The notes: generated by a model not told the origin, from the sequence alone. 64,000 nucleotides of DNA from Polyangiales bacterium (GCA_044229975.1 JBGARZ010000013.1:1-64000); one strand, 5' to 3'; shown: positions 1 through 10,516, counted from the stretch's first letter. Made by a program: numbers and translations.

Positions 1-176
1 CGGGGTTGCAAGGGAAGTCACCGCCTCCCGCTCTTCGTCGGTCAGGAGTGTGATGGATCTCGGGCCTGCAACCCCGTCGCGCAGCGGCGGGGTGACCCCC
101 TACCATTGTCCGGGGTGAACGGAGCGCGACGGACACGGAGCCTGCACCGTGAACCCCGGCCCCCACGGCGCGAACG
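1..176. repeat. Long inverted-repeat (REPIN/MITE-like) element, subfamily A; left arm cut off by window edge
   Basis: 66-170 closely matches the right arm of the 58449-58705 element (GGGGTGACCCCCTACCATTG..GTGAAC..GGAGCCTGCAC.GTGAACCCCGGC); 1-10 CGGGGTTGCA is the inner end of the left arm. Confidence 0.85.
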
Positions 177-195
177 TCGACGGGGTGAATCGGTG

Positions 196-1209
196 TCAAT
201 CGGTCGACCGGGTGGCGACGCGGCGGCCCGTCGTGTGGTCGGCGACGTAGCGCGCGCCGAGCACGTCGATGGCGCGCAGCCAGCGGTCGACGGTCTCGTG
301 GGTGCCCTCGCCCGCACCGATTCCTACGGCACGCGAGCGCACCTCGCGCGTCGGTACCGGGAGACCGAGCAGTCGCGTCTCGGCCACCCACGACGCGAGC
401 GCGAGGTTGCTGTGCTCCATGTGCTCCACGGACGCGAGCCATCGACGATCGACCTCGACCTCGCCGGGGAAACGTCGCGTGACCGAGGAGAAACCCGTCG
501 GGTCGAGGTGCCAGATGCCCAGCGGGCCGAAGCCGCCCTCGGCGTGGATCCATCGGTCGGCGCGGAAGTGCTCGTCGCGGGTGATCCACTCGACGGCGCC
601 GTCGCGGTCGAGGTCGTTGAAGAAGGGGAGGTTGCGATATGGACCCCAGGAGCGGGCGCGCCACCGCCATGGGCCGTCGGCTTCGCGCCGCGCGAGCATC
701 GTGAACGAGCAGCAGTACGCACCACGCTCGACGCCCTGCACGAAGGCCGTCGGGCGACTCTCGCCGGGGAGCGTGAACCACCCGGCCGCCGTGACCTCCA
801 TCGCGGGGTACACGTCGACGGGTCGACCCTCCGTGTCGACGAGAGAACTCGACGGCTCCGGGAAGGTGACCCTGAGCCCGTTCTCACTGCTGATGAGGTT
901 CATCGACGCGAGCGCGCGACCCGCAGGGTGAGCCGCGGGCGCCGCCTGCAACGCGCCCACGAAGGAGCGCGCGGCAGGAGCGTCGGCAGAGGGCCGCTGC
1001 CACACGCCGTCGCGGTACTCGACGACGGCCACCGGGAAGGCGTCGGGGCCTCGGAAGCGCTCGTAGATGACGCTCGACTGACCCTCTTCGAGCGGGAGCG
1101 TCCACCCCGTCGGGGGATCGTCGGAGTCGGCGTCCTGTGCGAGCGCCGCGCGCGACGTCATCGAAGCGAGCACCCCTGCGAGCAGCACCGTGAGAGCGCG
1201 GGTCGTCAC
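196..1209 (-). CDS. Hypothetical secreted protein
   Basis: Likely GTG start; signal-like N-terminus (TRALTVLLAGVLASMTSRAALAQ); FG-GAP-like DLDRDGAVE motif. Confidence 0.7.
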   Translation of the reverse strand: MTTRALTVLLAGVLASMTSRAALAQDADSDDPPTGWTLPLEEGQSSVIYERFRGPDAFPVAVVEYRDGVWQRPSADAPAARSFVGALQAAPAAHPAGRALASMNLISSENGLRVTFPEPSSSLVDTEGRPVDVYPAMEVTAAGWFTLPGESRPTAFVQGVERGAYCCSFTMLARREADGPWRWRARSWGPYRNLPFFNDLDRDGAVEWITRDEHFRADRWIHAEGGFGPLGIWHLDPTGFSSVTRRFPGEVEVDRRWLASVEHMEHSNLALASWVAETRLLGLPVPTREVRSRAVGIGAGEGTHETVDRWLRAIDVLGARYVADHTTGRRVATRSTD

Positions 1210-1331
1210 ATCGGGGGCGTTATCCGATGGCCGCGGCGGGCGCAAATCAACGCCACGCGAACCACCGCTGGAGCCGTCCACGTCCGCGATCGCCTTGCGG
1301 CGCGCGCGACGCCTCCCCTACGCTGCCTCGC

Positions 1332-3209
1332 GTGAACCACCGCGCCGCGCTCACGAGTGTCCTCCTCTTGTTCGCCGCCCCCATCGCAGCGCTCGCGCAG
1401 CCGGTGACCTTCCGCGCGGCCTACAACGAGACCGTGCGCGGCGGCCTCACCATGGACGGCTGGGGCGCCCTCTCGTCGCCGACCACCTACGCGATGGGAA
1501 CGTTCCGACTACGCATCCCGCGAGGCGGGCGCGTGGTGTGGGCGCGGCTGCTCTCCGACGTCGTGATGCGTCCGCAGGACGTCGCGACGGCGATGGTTCC
1601 TGCGGGGCCCGCCGGGTCGCCGCGCGAGGTCGTCGTGGGCGGCATGAACGGCGGCATCACCCGTCGCCTGGAGGGACGGCCCGACTTCGTTCGCACCGTG
1701 AGCTTCACCTACGGAACCTTCTCCACCGACGTCACCACCGCCGTCCGCTACGTCGTCGGCCCCGTGGCTCCGGGCGGCGAGATCGAGGTCCCGGTTCGCG
1801 AGCGCGGCGACGAGGGACCGAGCAACGGTTCGGTGAGCGTCGCGCCCGTCTTCGAGGGACACGCCCTCGCGGTGGTGTACGAGCTCGACTACGGCCCGCG
1901 CCGCAACCTCACCGTCTACGAGGGCAACGCCGCCGGGACGGTGCGCGTCACCGACCTTCCCCTCCGCAGCCCGGTGGCCAACCGCTGCCCGTCGATGAGC
2001 CTGAGCGGCGAGGCCTTTCCGCTCTCGGTAGCGCTCGCGAGCGAGTACTCCGTCTGCCAGGAGAACAACCCCCTCACCATCAACGGGACGCTCGTGTCGA
2101 GCGCACTCGGCGGCGCCGACGACTGGCCCGACGACCCGCGCACGGGCTGCAACGGACCCATCGCCGGCCTGGTGACCGCGGGTTCCTTCGGCGGCGCAGA
2201 GGCGGGCGACGGCACGGCCGCGGGCGCTCCGCTGGGACTGGAGGGCGACAGCGTGACGGGCCTCCCCGCGGCACCGCGGCGCGACGACGAGCTGTACGAC
2301 GCGCGCACCTTCCTCGCGGATGGCGTCACGCGCCTGGACTTCAACTTCGGCGGCGACGGCGACGAGGTGGTGATGGGCATCGGGCTGCAAGCGCTCGCCC
2401 GCGACCAGATGACCGACGCCGACGACGACGGCTTCGACGACACCATCGAGGGCGACTGCACCGTCGACACCGACCGCGACGGGACGCCCGACTACCTCGA
2501 CCGCGACTCCGACAACGACTGCCGACCCGACCGCATGGAGACCGCCGCCGGGCGCACCGACCCCGCGGTTCCTGGTGCGCCCGACGCCAACTGCGTGGGC
2601 GGCGCGCCGGTGTGCGATCGCGCCGTCGGCGTGTGCGGCTGCCGGGCGAGCGCCGACTGCCCGCTGGCGACGCCGGTGTGCGACGCGACGGCGAGGTTCT
2701 GCGGGGCGTGCACGATGAGCTCGCAGTGCGCGGGCCGCGTGGGCCTCGCGGTGTGCGCGACGTCGGGTCCGCGCGAGGGACAGTGCGTGCGCTGCGTGAC
2801 GAGCGCGCAGTGCGCCGCGGGCGAGACCTGCGACGCAACGACCAACACCTGCGTGGGCCCGGCGGACGCCGGGACCATGGACGCTGGAACGGTCGACGCC
2901 GGGATCGTCGATGCGGGCGCCGTCGACCTCGGGGTCGCGGACACGGGAGCCATCGATGTCGGGGGCGCGGACGCGGGCGTGACGGACGTCGGCGCGACCG
3001 ACACCGGGGTCGTCGACGCGGGCGTGGTGACGGACGCAGGCACCGTGGACGCGGGCGGTGCGCTGGTCGTCGACGTGATGGACGACGGCGGCTGCGGCTG
3101 CCGTGTCGGGACACGATCACCAGGGAGCGGCGCGCTCACCGCGGCGATAACGGGATTGGCGCTGATCGCCCGACGGAGGGTGCGGCGGCGGCGCACATCC
3201 ACCCACTGA
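1332..3209 (+). CDS. Secreted surface protein: globular N-domain, TSP3-like Ca-binding repeats, Cys-rich stalk, DAG repeats, MYXO-CTERM-like tail
   Basis: Signal peptide; DADDDGFDD/DTDRDGTPDYLD; CxxxxxC repeats; C-terminal GGCGC + hydrophobic helix + RRRVRRRR. Confidence 0.85.
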   Translation: MNHRAALTSVLLLFAAPIAALAQPVTFRAAYNETVRGGLTMDGWGALSSPTTYAMGTFRLRIPRGGRVVWARLLSDVVMRPQDVATAMVPAGPAGSPREVVVGGMNGGITRRLEGRPDFVRTVSFTYGTFSTDVTTAVRYVVGPVAPGGEIEVPVRERGDEGPSNGSVSVAPVFEGHALAVVYELDYGPRRNLTVYEGNAAGTVRVTDLPLRSPVANRCPSMSLSGEAFPLSVALASEYSVCQENNPLTINGTLVSSALGGADDWPDDPRTGCNGPIAGLVTAGSFGGAEAGDGTAAGAPLGLEGDSVTGLPAAPRRDDELYDARTFLADGVTRLDFNFGGDGDEVVMGIGLQALARDQMTDADDDGFDDTIEGDCTVDTDRDGTPDYLDRDSDNDCRPDRMETAAGRTDPAVPGAPDANCVGGAPVCDRAVGVCGCRASADCPLATPVCDATARFCGACTMSSQCAGRVGLAVCATSGPREGQCVRCVTSAQCAAGETCDATTNTCVGPADAGTMDAGTVDAGIVDAGAVDLGVADTGAIDVGGADAGVTDVGATDTGVVDAGVVTDAGTVDAGGALVVDVMDDGGCGCRVGTRSPGSGALTAAITGLALIARRRVRRRRTSTH

Positions 3210-3316
3210 AAGTGCTTGTTTAATCGGCGTCTGGCGCGTCGCGATGTTTCGACTTCGCGCGCGACTTTGACGACACTCTCGGACGCGGCGGGCGTCCCGC
3301 ACCGAAGGGTATTTCG

Positions 3317-6300
3317 ATGAAGAACCAATGGATTCTCTTTGCCGCGGCGTTGATCGCGGTGGGTTGTGACGGCATGTCCGTCATCGGCGGTCCGACCGTC
3401 CGTGACGCGGCGATGGAGGCCGCGACGGCCGACTCGAGCATGGACGCCGCGGCGGACGCGGACGTGCCGACGGCGGACGTTCCGCTGAGCTGTCCGTCGC
3501 CGCTGCTCTCGTGCAACCAGCGCTGCGCCAACCCGCAGACCGATCGCGAGAACTGCGGCGGCTGCGGGCGCACCTGCGAGCGCGGCAACGTCTGTCAGAA
3601 CGGCGCCTGCGTGCCCGACTGCGGCACCGGCGAGACCCTCTGTCGCGGCACCGGCGGCGACGCCGGCGTGACCCTCGCGTGCGTCTCGCTCCAGACCGAC
3701 GGGGCCAACTGCGGCGCCTGCGGCAACGCGTGCGGACCCAACCAGGTCTGCACCGCGGGCGCGTGCGCCTTCATGTGCAGCGGCGCCACGACCGAGTGCA
3801 CGCGCGCCGCGACCGGCGGCATGGACGGCGCGGCGGGCGAGCGCTACTGCGCCAACCTCCAGACCGAGCGCGACGACTGCGGCGCCTGCGGCAACGCCTG
3901 CCAGGAGGGCTACTCCTGCCAGGCGGGTCGCTGCCGCATCCGGTGCGGTGAGCTGACGGTGCAGTGCCCGGGCCCCGTGGCCGACGCGGGCACCGGCACC
4001 ACGGGCGGCGGCGAGATCTGCTCCGACACCACCACCGACATCAACAACTGCGGCGGCTGCGGCAACGCGTGTCCGTTCGGGCAGTTCTGCGTCCGCGGCG
4101 CGTGCCAGACGACCTGCGGCGCGGGCTTCACCGACTGCATGGGCGTCTGCCGCGACGTCACCTCCGACCGCCTCGGCTGCGGCGCGTGCGGCAACGCGTG
4201 CGGCTCGGGCGAGGTCTGCACCGCGGGCCGCTGCGTCGTCTCGTGCGGCGGCGGGCTCTCCAGTTGCGACAACATCTGCCGCGACCTCCAGACCGACCTC
4301 AACCACTGCGGCGCGTGCGGCGCCCGCTGCGCCCCCGGCCAGGTGTGCTCGCGCGGCATGTGCCAGGTCTCCTGCGGCGCGGGCACGGCGGAGTGTTCGG
4401 GCGTCTGCCGTGACCTCCAGACCGACAACGCCAACTGCGGCGCGTGCGGCACCGCGTGCGCGCCGGGCCAGCTCTGCTCCATGGGCGCGTGCGTGGTCTC
4501 CTGCGGCGCCGGAACCACCAACTGCTCGGGCACCTGCCGCGACGTCCAGACCGACAACGCCCACTGCGGCGCGTGCGGCATGGCGTGCTCCGCCGGTCAG
4601 GTCTGCTCGCGCGGCATGTGCGTCGTCTCCTGCGGCGGCGGCCTCACCAACTGCACCGGCGTCTGCCGCGACCTCGACACCGACCGCGCCAACTGCGGCG
4701 CGTGCGGGACGGCCTGCGCCGCGGGCCAGGTCTGCTCGGCGGGCGTGTGCCGCGTGTCGTGCCTCGAAGGGCTCACCAACTGCTCGGGCGTGTGCCGCGA
4801 CCTCGCGAGCGACGTCTCCCACTGCGGCGGCTGCGGCATGGCCTGCGCCTCGGGGCAGGTCTGCTCCAGCGGCGTCTGCCAGGTGTCGTGCGGCGCGGGC
4901 CTCACCAACTGCGGCGGCGTCTGCCGCGACCTCCAGACCGACGTGAACAACTGCGCCGGCTGCGGCACCGCCTGCGCCTCGGGGCAGGTGTGCTCGCGCG
5001 GCGCCTGCGTCGTGTCGTGCGGCGACGGGCTCACCAACTGCTCGGGCGTGTGCCGCGACCTCACCAACGACCGCATCAACTGCGGCGCGTGCGGCACCGC
5101 CTGCCCGTCGGGTCAGGCGTGCACCGCGGGTCGGTGCGTCGTGTCGTGCCTCATGGGCCAGACCGAGTGCGGCGGCACCTGCCGCGACACGCAGACCGAC
5201 AACGCCCACTGCGGCGGCTGCGGCATGGCCTGCGCCTCGGGGCAGATCTGCTCGCGCGGCGCCTGCGTCGTGTCGTGCGGCGGCGGCCTCACCAACTGCT
5301 CGGGCGTCTGCCGTGACACCGACACCGACCGCGCCAACTGCGGGACCTGTGGCATCGCGTGCGCCGCGGGCCTGGTCTGCTCCGGGGGCGTCTGCCAGGT
5401 GTCGTGCCTCGCGGGCCTCACCAACTGCTCGGGCACCTGCCGCGACCTCGCGAGCGACGTGGCCAACTGCGGCGGCTGCGGCACGGCGTGTCCCGCGGGT
5501 CAGCTCTGCTCGCGCGGCCTCTGCGAGGTCACCTGCGGCGCCGGGCTCAGCAACTGCGGCGGCATCTGCCGCGACCTCCAGAACGACGTGAACAACTGCG
5601 CCGCCTGCGGCACCGCCTGCCCGTCAGGCCAGGTGTGCTCGCGCGGCGCCTGCGTCGTGTCGTGCGGCGCCGGGCTCACCAACTGCACCGGCGTCTGCCG
5701 CGACCTCCAGAGCGACCGCATCAACTGCGGCGCGTGCGGCACCGCGTGCCCGTCGGGGCAGATCTGCTCGGCCGGGCGCTGCGCGGTCTCCTGCCTCACG
5801 GGCCAAACCAACTGCGGCGGCGTCTGCCGCGACACGCAGACCGACAACGCCCACTGCGGCGCGTGCCTCAACGCCTGCCCGTCGGGGCAGATCTGCTCGG
5901 CCGGGCGCTGCCAGGTGTCGTGCGGCGCGGGGCTCACCAACTGCTCGGGCACCTGCCGCGACACGCAGACCGACAACGCCAACTGCGGCGGCTGCGGCAC
6001 CGCGTGCGCCGCGGGCACGGTCTGCTCTGGCGGGATGTGTCGCGTGAGCTGCGGCGCCGGAACCACCAACTGCTCGGGCACCTGCCGCGACACGCAGACC
6101 GACACCAACCACTGCGGCGGGTGCGGCGTGGTGTGCCCCGGCGGACAGATCTGCCGGTCCGGCGCGTGCGTGGTCACCTGCCAGGTGGGCCTCACGGCCT
6201 GCGGCTCGACCTGCCGCGACCTCACCAGCGACAACACCAACTGCGGGACGTGCGGTCGGGTCTGCTCGGCGGGCCAGGCGTGCGTGGCGGGATCGTGCTC

Positions 6301-7921
6301 GGTCACCTGCGGCACCGGGCTCACCAACTGCACCGGCACCTGCCGTGACCTCCAGAACGACCGCAGCAACTGCGGCGGCTGCGGCTCCGTCTGCCCGTCG
6401 GGCCAGGTGTGCTCGTCGGGCGCGTGCGTCATCACCTGCCCGGTGGGCCAGACGGCCTGCGGCACCACCTGCGTCAACATCGTCACCGACCGCAACAACT
6501 GCGGCGCGTGCGGGACGGTCTGCCCGAGCGGGCAGATCTGCGCGGGCTCGGCCTGCGTGACGAGCTGCGCGACGGGGCTCACGGCGTGCGGCCTGACCTG
6601 CCGCGACACCACCTCCGACGGGAGCAACTGCGGCGCGTGCGGAACCGTCTGCCCGTCGGGTCAGACCTGCGTGTCGAGCGTCTGCCGGCTGGTCTGCCCG
6701 TCGGGTCAGACCGCGTGCTCGGGCGTCTGCCGCGACCTCCAGACCGACCGCAGCAACTGCGGCACCTGCGGCACGACGTGCCCGGGCGGCCAGGTCTGCT
6801 CGGCGGGTAGCTGCGTGGTGACCTGCGCCACCGGCCTCAGCAACTGCTCGGGGAGCTGCACCAACGTGACCACCGACCCGAACAACTGCGGCGCCTGCGG
6901 GACGGTGTGCCCGGCGCGCGCCAACGCCTCGTCCTCGTGCGCGGGGTCGCGCTGCGGCTTCGTCTGCAACGCGGGCTTCGCCGACTGCAACGGCGTCGCG
7001 TCCGACGGCTGCGAGGTCAACACCGGCACCAGCCTCACCAACTGCGGCGCGTGCGGGACGATGTGCACCACGAACAACGGCGTCCCGGCGTGCACGTCGG
7101 GCACCTGCCGCGTGGCCTCGTGCAACACGGGCTTCGCCGACTGCAACGGCGTCGTGTCCGACGGCTGCGAGACCAACACGCAGACCTCCGCCACCAACTG
7201 CGGCGCCTGCGGAACGGTCTGCCCGGGCGGCGGCGCCTGCACCGCCGGGGTCTGCGGCGCGCGGTGCTACACCGGCGCGGCGCGTGTGCTGGTCTACGGG
7301 CCGGGCGGCACCGTCGGCGCGGGCTTCTTCCCGTCGGGGACGGTGGTGACCGTGGCGAGCGAGGCGCAGTGGCGCTCGATGACCACGGCGCAGTTCGCCC
7401 AGTACGACATCCTCTGGATGGACGGAAACAACTGCGGCGGCACCACCGCCACCAACCTCGGCGCGGCGCAGGACACCATCGCCACGTGGGGCCCGGCGGT
7501 GCTCGGTCGCATGGTGCTCATCACCGGCGACCCCGACCTCCACCAGGACGGGCAGGCGCCGCTCTTCTACCAGAACAGCGTCAACTGGCTGAAGGGCATG
7601 GGCCGCACGAGCGAGGGCGGCCGCACGTCGCTCTTCATGTCCTGGGGCTGCACGCTCTGCTGCAGCTTCGTGGCCGGTCGCGGCACGCCCGAGAACTTCA
7701 CCAGCGTGCTCGGCGCAGGCTTCACGTCCAACACCAACAACTGGTGCGCGGCCAACCTGTCGGGCGTCTCGCACCCCGTGACGGCGGGCTTCACGTCGTT
7801 CTGGGGTTGCCCGATGCACGGCGCGTTCGGGTCCATCGCCTCGGGCTTCGTGACCCTCGCGTCGAGCGGCGGCCTGCCCAGCATGGTCGCGCGCGAGTCG
7901 CCGGTCGCCTGCGTCCCCTGA
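3317..7921 (+). CDS. Giant Cys-rich repeat lipoprotein (~28 Stig1-like DxxNCGxCGxxC repeats plus a C-terminal globular domain)
   Basis: Lipobox AVGC; 43-aa (129-bp) tandem repeats; ~215-aa non-repetitive C-terminal domain. Confidence 0.92.
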   Translation: MKNQWILFAAALIAVGCDGMSVIGGPTVRDAAMEAATADSSMDAAADADVPTADVPLSCPSPLLSCNQRCANPQTDRENCGGCGRTCERGNVCQNGACVPDCGTGETLCRGTGGDAGVTLACVSLQTDGANCGACGNACGPNQVCTAGACAFMCSGATTECTRAATGGMDGAAGERYCANLQTERDDCGACGNACQEGYSCQAGRCRIRCGELTVQCPGPVADAGTGTTGGGEICSDTTTDINNCGGCGNACPFGQFCVRGACQTTCGAGFTDCMGVCRDVTSDRLGCGACGNACGSGEVCTAGRCVVSCGGGLSSCDNICRDLQTDLNHCGACGARCAPGQVCSRGMCQVSCGAGTAECSGVCRDLQTDNANCGACGTACAPGQLCSMGACVVSCGAGTTNCSGTCRDVQTDNAHCGACGMACSAGQVCSRGMCVVSCGGGLTNCTGVCRDLDTDRANCGACGTACAAGQVCSAGVCRVSCLEGLTNCSGVCRDLASDVSHCGGCGMACASGQVCSSGVCQVSCGAGLTNCGGVCRDLQTDVNNCAGCGTACASGQVCSRGACVVSCGDGLTNCSGVCRDLTNDRINCGACGTACPSGQACTAGRCVVSCLMGQTECGGTCRDTQTDNAHCGGCGMACASGQICSRGACVVSCGGGLTNCSGVCRDTDTDRANCGTCGIACAAGLVCSGGVCQVSCLAGLTNCSGTCRDLASDVANCGGCGTACPAGQLCSRGLCEVTCGAGLSNCGGICRDLQNDVNNCAACGTACPSGQVCSRGACVVSCGAGLTNCTGVCRDLQSDRINCGACGTACPSGQICSAGRCAVSCLTGQTNCGGVCRDTQTDNAHCGACLNACPSGQICSAGRCQVSCGAGLTNCSGTCRDTQTDNANCGGCGTACAAGTVCSGGMCRVSCGAGTTNCSGTCRDTQTDTNHCGGCGVVCPGGQICRSGACVVTCQVGLTACGSTCRDLTSDNTNCGTCGRVCSAGQACVAGSCSVTCGTGLTNCTGTCRDLQNDRSNCGGCGSVCPSGQVCSSGACVITCPVGQTACGTTCVNIVTDRNNCGACGTVCPSGQICAGSACVTSCATGLTACGLTCRDTTSDGSNCGACGTVCPSGQTCVSSVCRLVCPSGQTACSGVCRDLQTDRSNCGTCGTTCPGGQVCSAGSCVVTCATGLSNCSGSCTNVTTDPNNCGACGTVCPARANASSSCAGSRCGFVCNAGFADCNGVASDGCEVNTGTSLTNCGACGTMCTTNNGVPACTSGTCRVASCNTGFADCNGVVSDGCETNTQTSATNCGACGTVCPGGGACTAGVCGARCYTGAARVLVYGPGGTVGAGFFPSGTVVTVASEAQWRSMTTAQFAQYDILWMDGNNCGGTTATNLGAAQDTIATWGPAVLGRMVLITGDPDLHQDGQAPLFYQNSVNWLKGMGRTSEGGRTSLFMSWGCTLCCSFVAGRGTPENFTSVLGAGFTSNTNNWCAANLSGVSHPVTAGFTSFWGCPMHGAFGSIASGFVTLASSGGLPSMVARESPVACVP

Positions 7922-7935
7922 CCACTGCCTGAAGG

Positions 7936-7960
7936 GCGCCTCCCTCCCACGGTGAGGCGC
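7936..7960 (+). terminator. Possible terminator hairpin after the Cys-rich gene
   Basis: GCGCCTC...GAGGCGC stem followed by a pyrimidine tract; no U-run. Confidence 0.3.
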
Positions 7961-8030
7961 TCCGCTCCCCTCTCTCCCTCTCCCATCGCTACCCACCGAT
8001 CGCTCACCGCTCGCGGTGTATCGTTCGGCG

Positions 8031-9377
8031 ATGACACGCCCTTCGCTCGGGCGGGCGCTTCGCCAGGGGGCGCTCGCGACCACGGTGCTCGTCGCGGGTT
8101 GCTTCTCCCGCTGGTCAGGCTGCCGCAGCTACGACGCCGGGCACCTCGCGGGCCCAGGCTGGACCGCCCGCGTGACGTGTAATCCCCACACCGAGGTCGG
8201 CCTCGGCGGCGCGAGCGTGCTCCGCGGATGCACCGCGCGGTGGAGCCTCGTGGTGGATCGCGGGCGCGAGAGGGAGACCACCGAGTTGCACGGTCCGCGG
8301 CTCCCCTCGCCCGACTGCGGCGACGTCCGTCGGGCCTGCGCGGCGGCGCGCGGTGAGCTCGCGCAACGACCGACCACCGTGGGCACCTGGGTCGCAGCGC
8401 GTGCGCCCGATGGAGGCAGTACGCGGGTGGCGTTTGTTCCGTCGGGGTGCGGGCGGACGTATGTGCTGCCCGAAGACACGGCGCCCACGTTGTCACCCGC
8501 GGCGGCGGTGGCGAGGCAACCCGATGGGCCGGTGTTCATCGACCGCGTGGTGGCGGGCGAGAGCATCACGGGTCACGGCTGGTACCTGCTGTGTGGCGTG
8601 TCGCTCGTGTCGCGCGTTGCGGCGGTGAGGGCGGCGATGCTCGATTGCCGTGTGCCCGACTCCGTCGCGAGCGCGCTGTACGCGGCCGACCCGACGAGCG
8701 TCGAGGTCGTCTGGACGGCCGCCGTCGACGGGCGCCTGCGCTGCTCCGCCGAGCTACGCCGGTCGTTGCGCGAGCACGCGGCGACGGCGTTGGGAGAGCT
8801 CGTGCTGTCTCGGCTCGCGACGTGTGAAACGAACTGCCCGCCGCGCGGTCGTGTGGCGGCGCTCATCGAGGCGGGCGAGCTGCGGCTGCCGGGCGTGAGG
8901 GAGGTGGCGCTGCGCATCGCGTCGGCGGGTCCGCCGCCGTCGCGGGAGGCGAACCGCGACGGGTACGACGAGTGGCTCGCGGCGCTGTGGACGCTGTCGC
9001 GGGTCGACCCCGCGCGGGGGACGGAGCTCGCGCTGGCGATGTTGCGACGGCTGCCGGTGGCCGAAGGGGTCACGCGCTTCCCGGCGTCGAGCGGCGGCCT
9101 TCCCACGAGGGAGGACGACCCCGCGATGGCGCTGTGTTCGATCGTGCTCGACGACCCGCCGAGAGCGCGCGAGGGGCTGTGGCAGCTCGCGAATGACGAG
9201 GGCGCGAGCGTGGGCGCGCGGCAACACGCGCTGCTCGCGCTGGCGCGGATGGGTGATGCGCGGGCGTCGGGGGAGACGCTGGGGCGCAACCCGCTGACGG
9301 AGGAGCAGCGGACGGAGGTGCGCGCGTCGCAGGCACCCGGGAGCGGTGGGCACCACCATCACCACCATCACTGGTGA
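8031..9377 (+). CDS. Hypothetical lipoprotein with helical/HEAT-like C-half and His7 tail
   Basis: Lipobox VAGC; ends GSGGHHHHHHHW. Confidence 0.7.
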   Translation: MTRPSLGRALRQGALATTVLVAGCFSRWSGCRSYDAGHLAGPGWTARVTCNPHTEVGLGGASVLRGCTARWSLVVDRGRERETTELHGPRLPSPDCGDVRRACAAARGELAQRPTTVGTWVAARAPDGGSTRVAFVPSGCGRTYVLPEDTAPTLSPAAAVARQPDGPVFIDRVVAGESITGHGWYLLCGVSLVSRVAAVRAAMLDCRVPDSVASALYAADPTSVEVVWTAAVDGRLRCSAELRRSLREHAATALGELVLSRLATCETNCPPRGRVAALIEAGELRLPGVREVALRIASAGPPPSREANRDGYDEWLAALWTLSRVDPARGTELALAMLRRLPVAEGVTRFPASSGGLPTREDDPAMALCSIVLDDPPRAREGLWQLANDEGASVGARQHALLALARMGDARASGETLGRNPLTEEQRTEVRASQAPGSGGHHHHHHHW

Positions 9378-9442
9378 GAGGGCCTGTCCCGATAGCCCGA
9401 GCCCGATCGGCCGTCTCCCTCTCGCTCCGTCCCCCACTCCCA

Positions 9443-10516
9443 TCAAACCAGCGGCAGCCGCGTCCCGTCGTCGAGCACCAGCTCGCGCTCGGGCCAGCGC
9501 ACCGCGCCCAGTCGCGACTGCCACGGCGGCGCCGCCCCGAGCTCGCGCTCCTTGTAGCGGGCCCCCGCGCTGAAGTCGGTGCAGAACGCGTTGCGCCGCC
9601 GCCCCACCCACGCGTTGGGCGCCGCGCCCGTGAAGAGGTCGGGCTCGCCCTTCGAGTACGCCCCGCGCGACTGCGGATCGACCCAGCGCCAGTAGTGCCC
9701 GAACACCACCGTCGTCTCGTGGTCGTACTCGTCCCACCAGCGCACGCGGTCGGTCATGCGCCACGCGCCGCCGGCGAAGTACGGCCGCGCCGCGAGCTGC
9801 TCCAGCCCGGAGGTCACCACGCGCATCGGGTTGCCCCGCTGCCACAGCGCGTCGCTCCTCCCCACCGCCTCCAACAGCGGAACCCCCTCGTCGCGCTGCC
9901 GCAGCCGCTCGCCGTAGCGCGCCATCTCCAGCGCGCGCTCGGGCTCCAGCGCCGCGATCGCCGCTTGCAGCTCCGCGGGCCCCGGGTCGTCGCGGTGCAC
10001 CCGGTCGGGCGTCCACGCCGCGAGCTCGCCCCCGAGCCGCGCGAGCGAGGCGTCGTCCCACACTGCATGAACCACCCGCAGGTCGTCGCGCGCCAGCGCC
10101 ACCGGCAGCTCGCGCAGAAACGCCAGCGTCTCCTCCCCCGTCCCCGCGTCGAGGGCCCGCGAGGCGCCAAACTCCCCCGCCGCGCGGTCGTGGTCGTGCT
10201 CGTAGAACCACCCGTTGCCGTGCTTGCGCGCCACCCGCAGGAGGTTGAGCTCGTGGTTGCCGAGGACGGCCTGCGCCCTTCCCTCCTCGATCATCCGTCG
10301 CACCAGCGCGAGCACGCCGGGGCTGTCGGGGCCGCGGTCGCAGAGGTCACCCACGAACACCAGGTGCCGCCCATCGCGGTGCTTGCCGTACCGGTCGTAG
10401 CCCAGCGCGCCCATGAGCGAGCGCAGCGCGTCGAGCTCACCATGCACGTCACCGACGACGTCGAGCGCACCATCGAACAGCGGCTGGAGATACGGGCTCT
10501 GGCGGGTGACCATCAC
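9443..10516 (-). CDS. Calcineurin-like metallophosphoesterase (ApaH/PPP-type)
   Basis: GDVHG, GDLCDRG, GNHE, VVHA and VFGH motifs. Confidence 0.9.
   Translation of the reverse strand: MMVTRQSPYLQPLFDGALDVVGDVHGELDALRSLMGALGYDRYGKHRDGRHLVFVGDLCDRGPDSPGVLALVRRMIEEGRAQAVLGNHELNLLRVARKHGNGWFYEHDHDRAAGEFGASRALDAGTGEETLAFLRELPVALARDDLRVVHAVWDDASLARLGGELAAWTPDRVHRDDPGPAELQAAIAALEPERALEMARYGERLRQRDEGVPLLEAVGRSDALWQRGNPMRVVTSGLEQLAARPYFAGGAWRMTDRVRWWDEYDHETTVVFGHYWRWVDPQSRGAYSKGEPDLFTGAAPNAWVGRRRNAFCTDFSAGARYKERELGAAPPWQSRLGAVRWPERELVLDDGTRLPLV

Noticed and set aside
3500..7260. 129-bp periodic DNA as a CRISPR or non-coding array
   Set aside because: It is in-frame coding sequence with synonymous variation
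9340..9377. Cloning-vector His-tag contamination
   Set aside because: No vector or restriction-site context; composition is continuous with the gene
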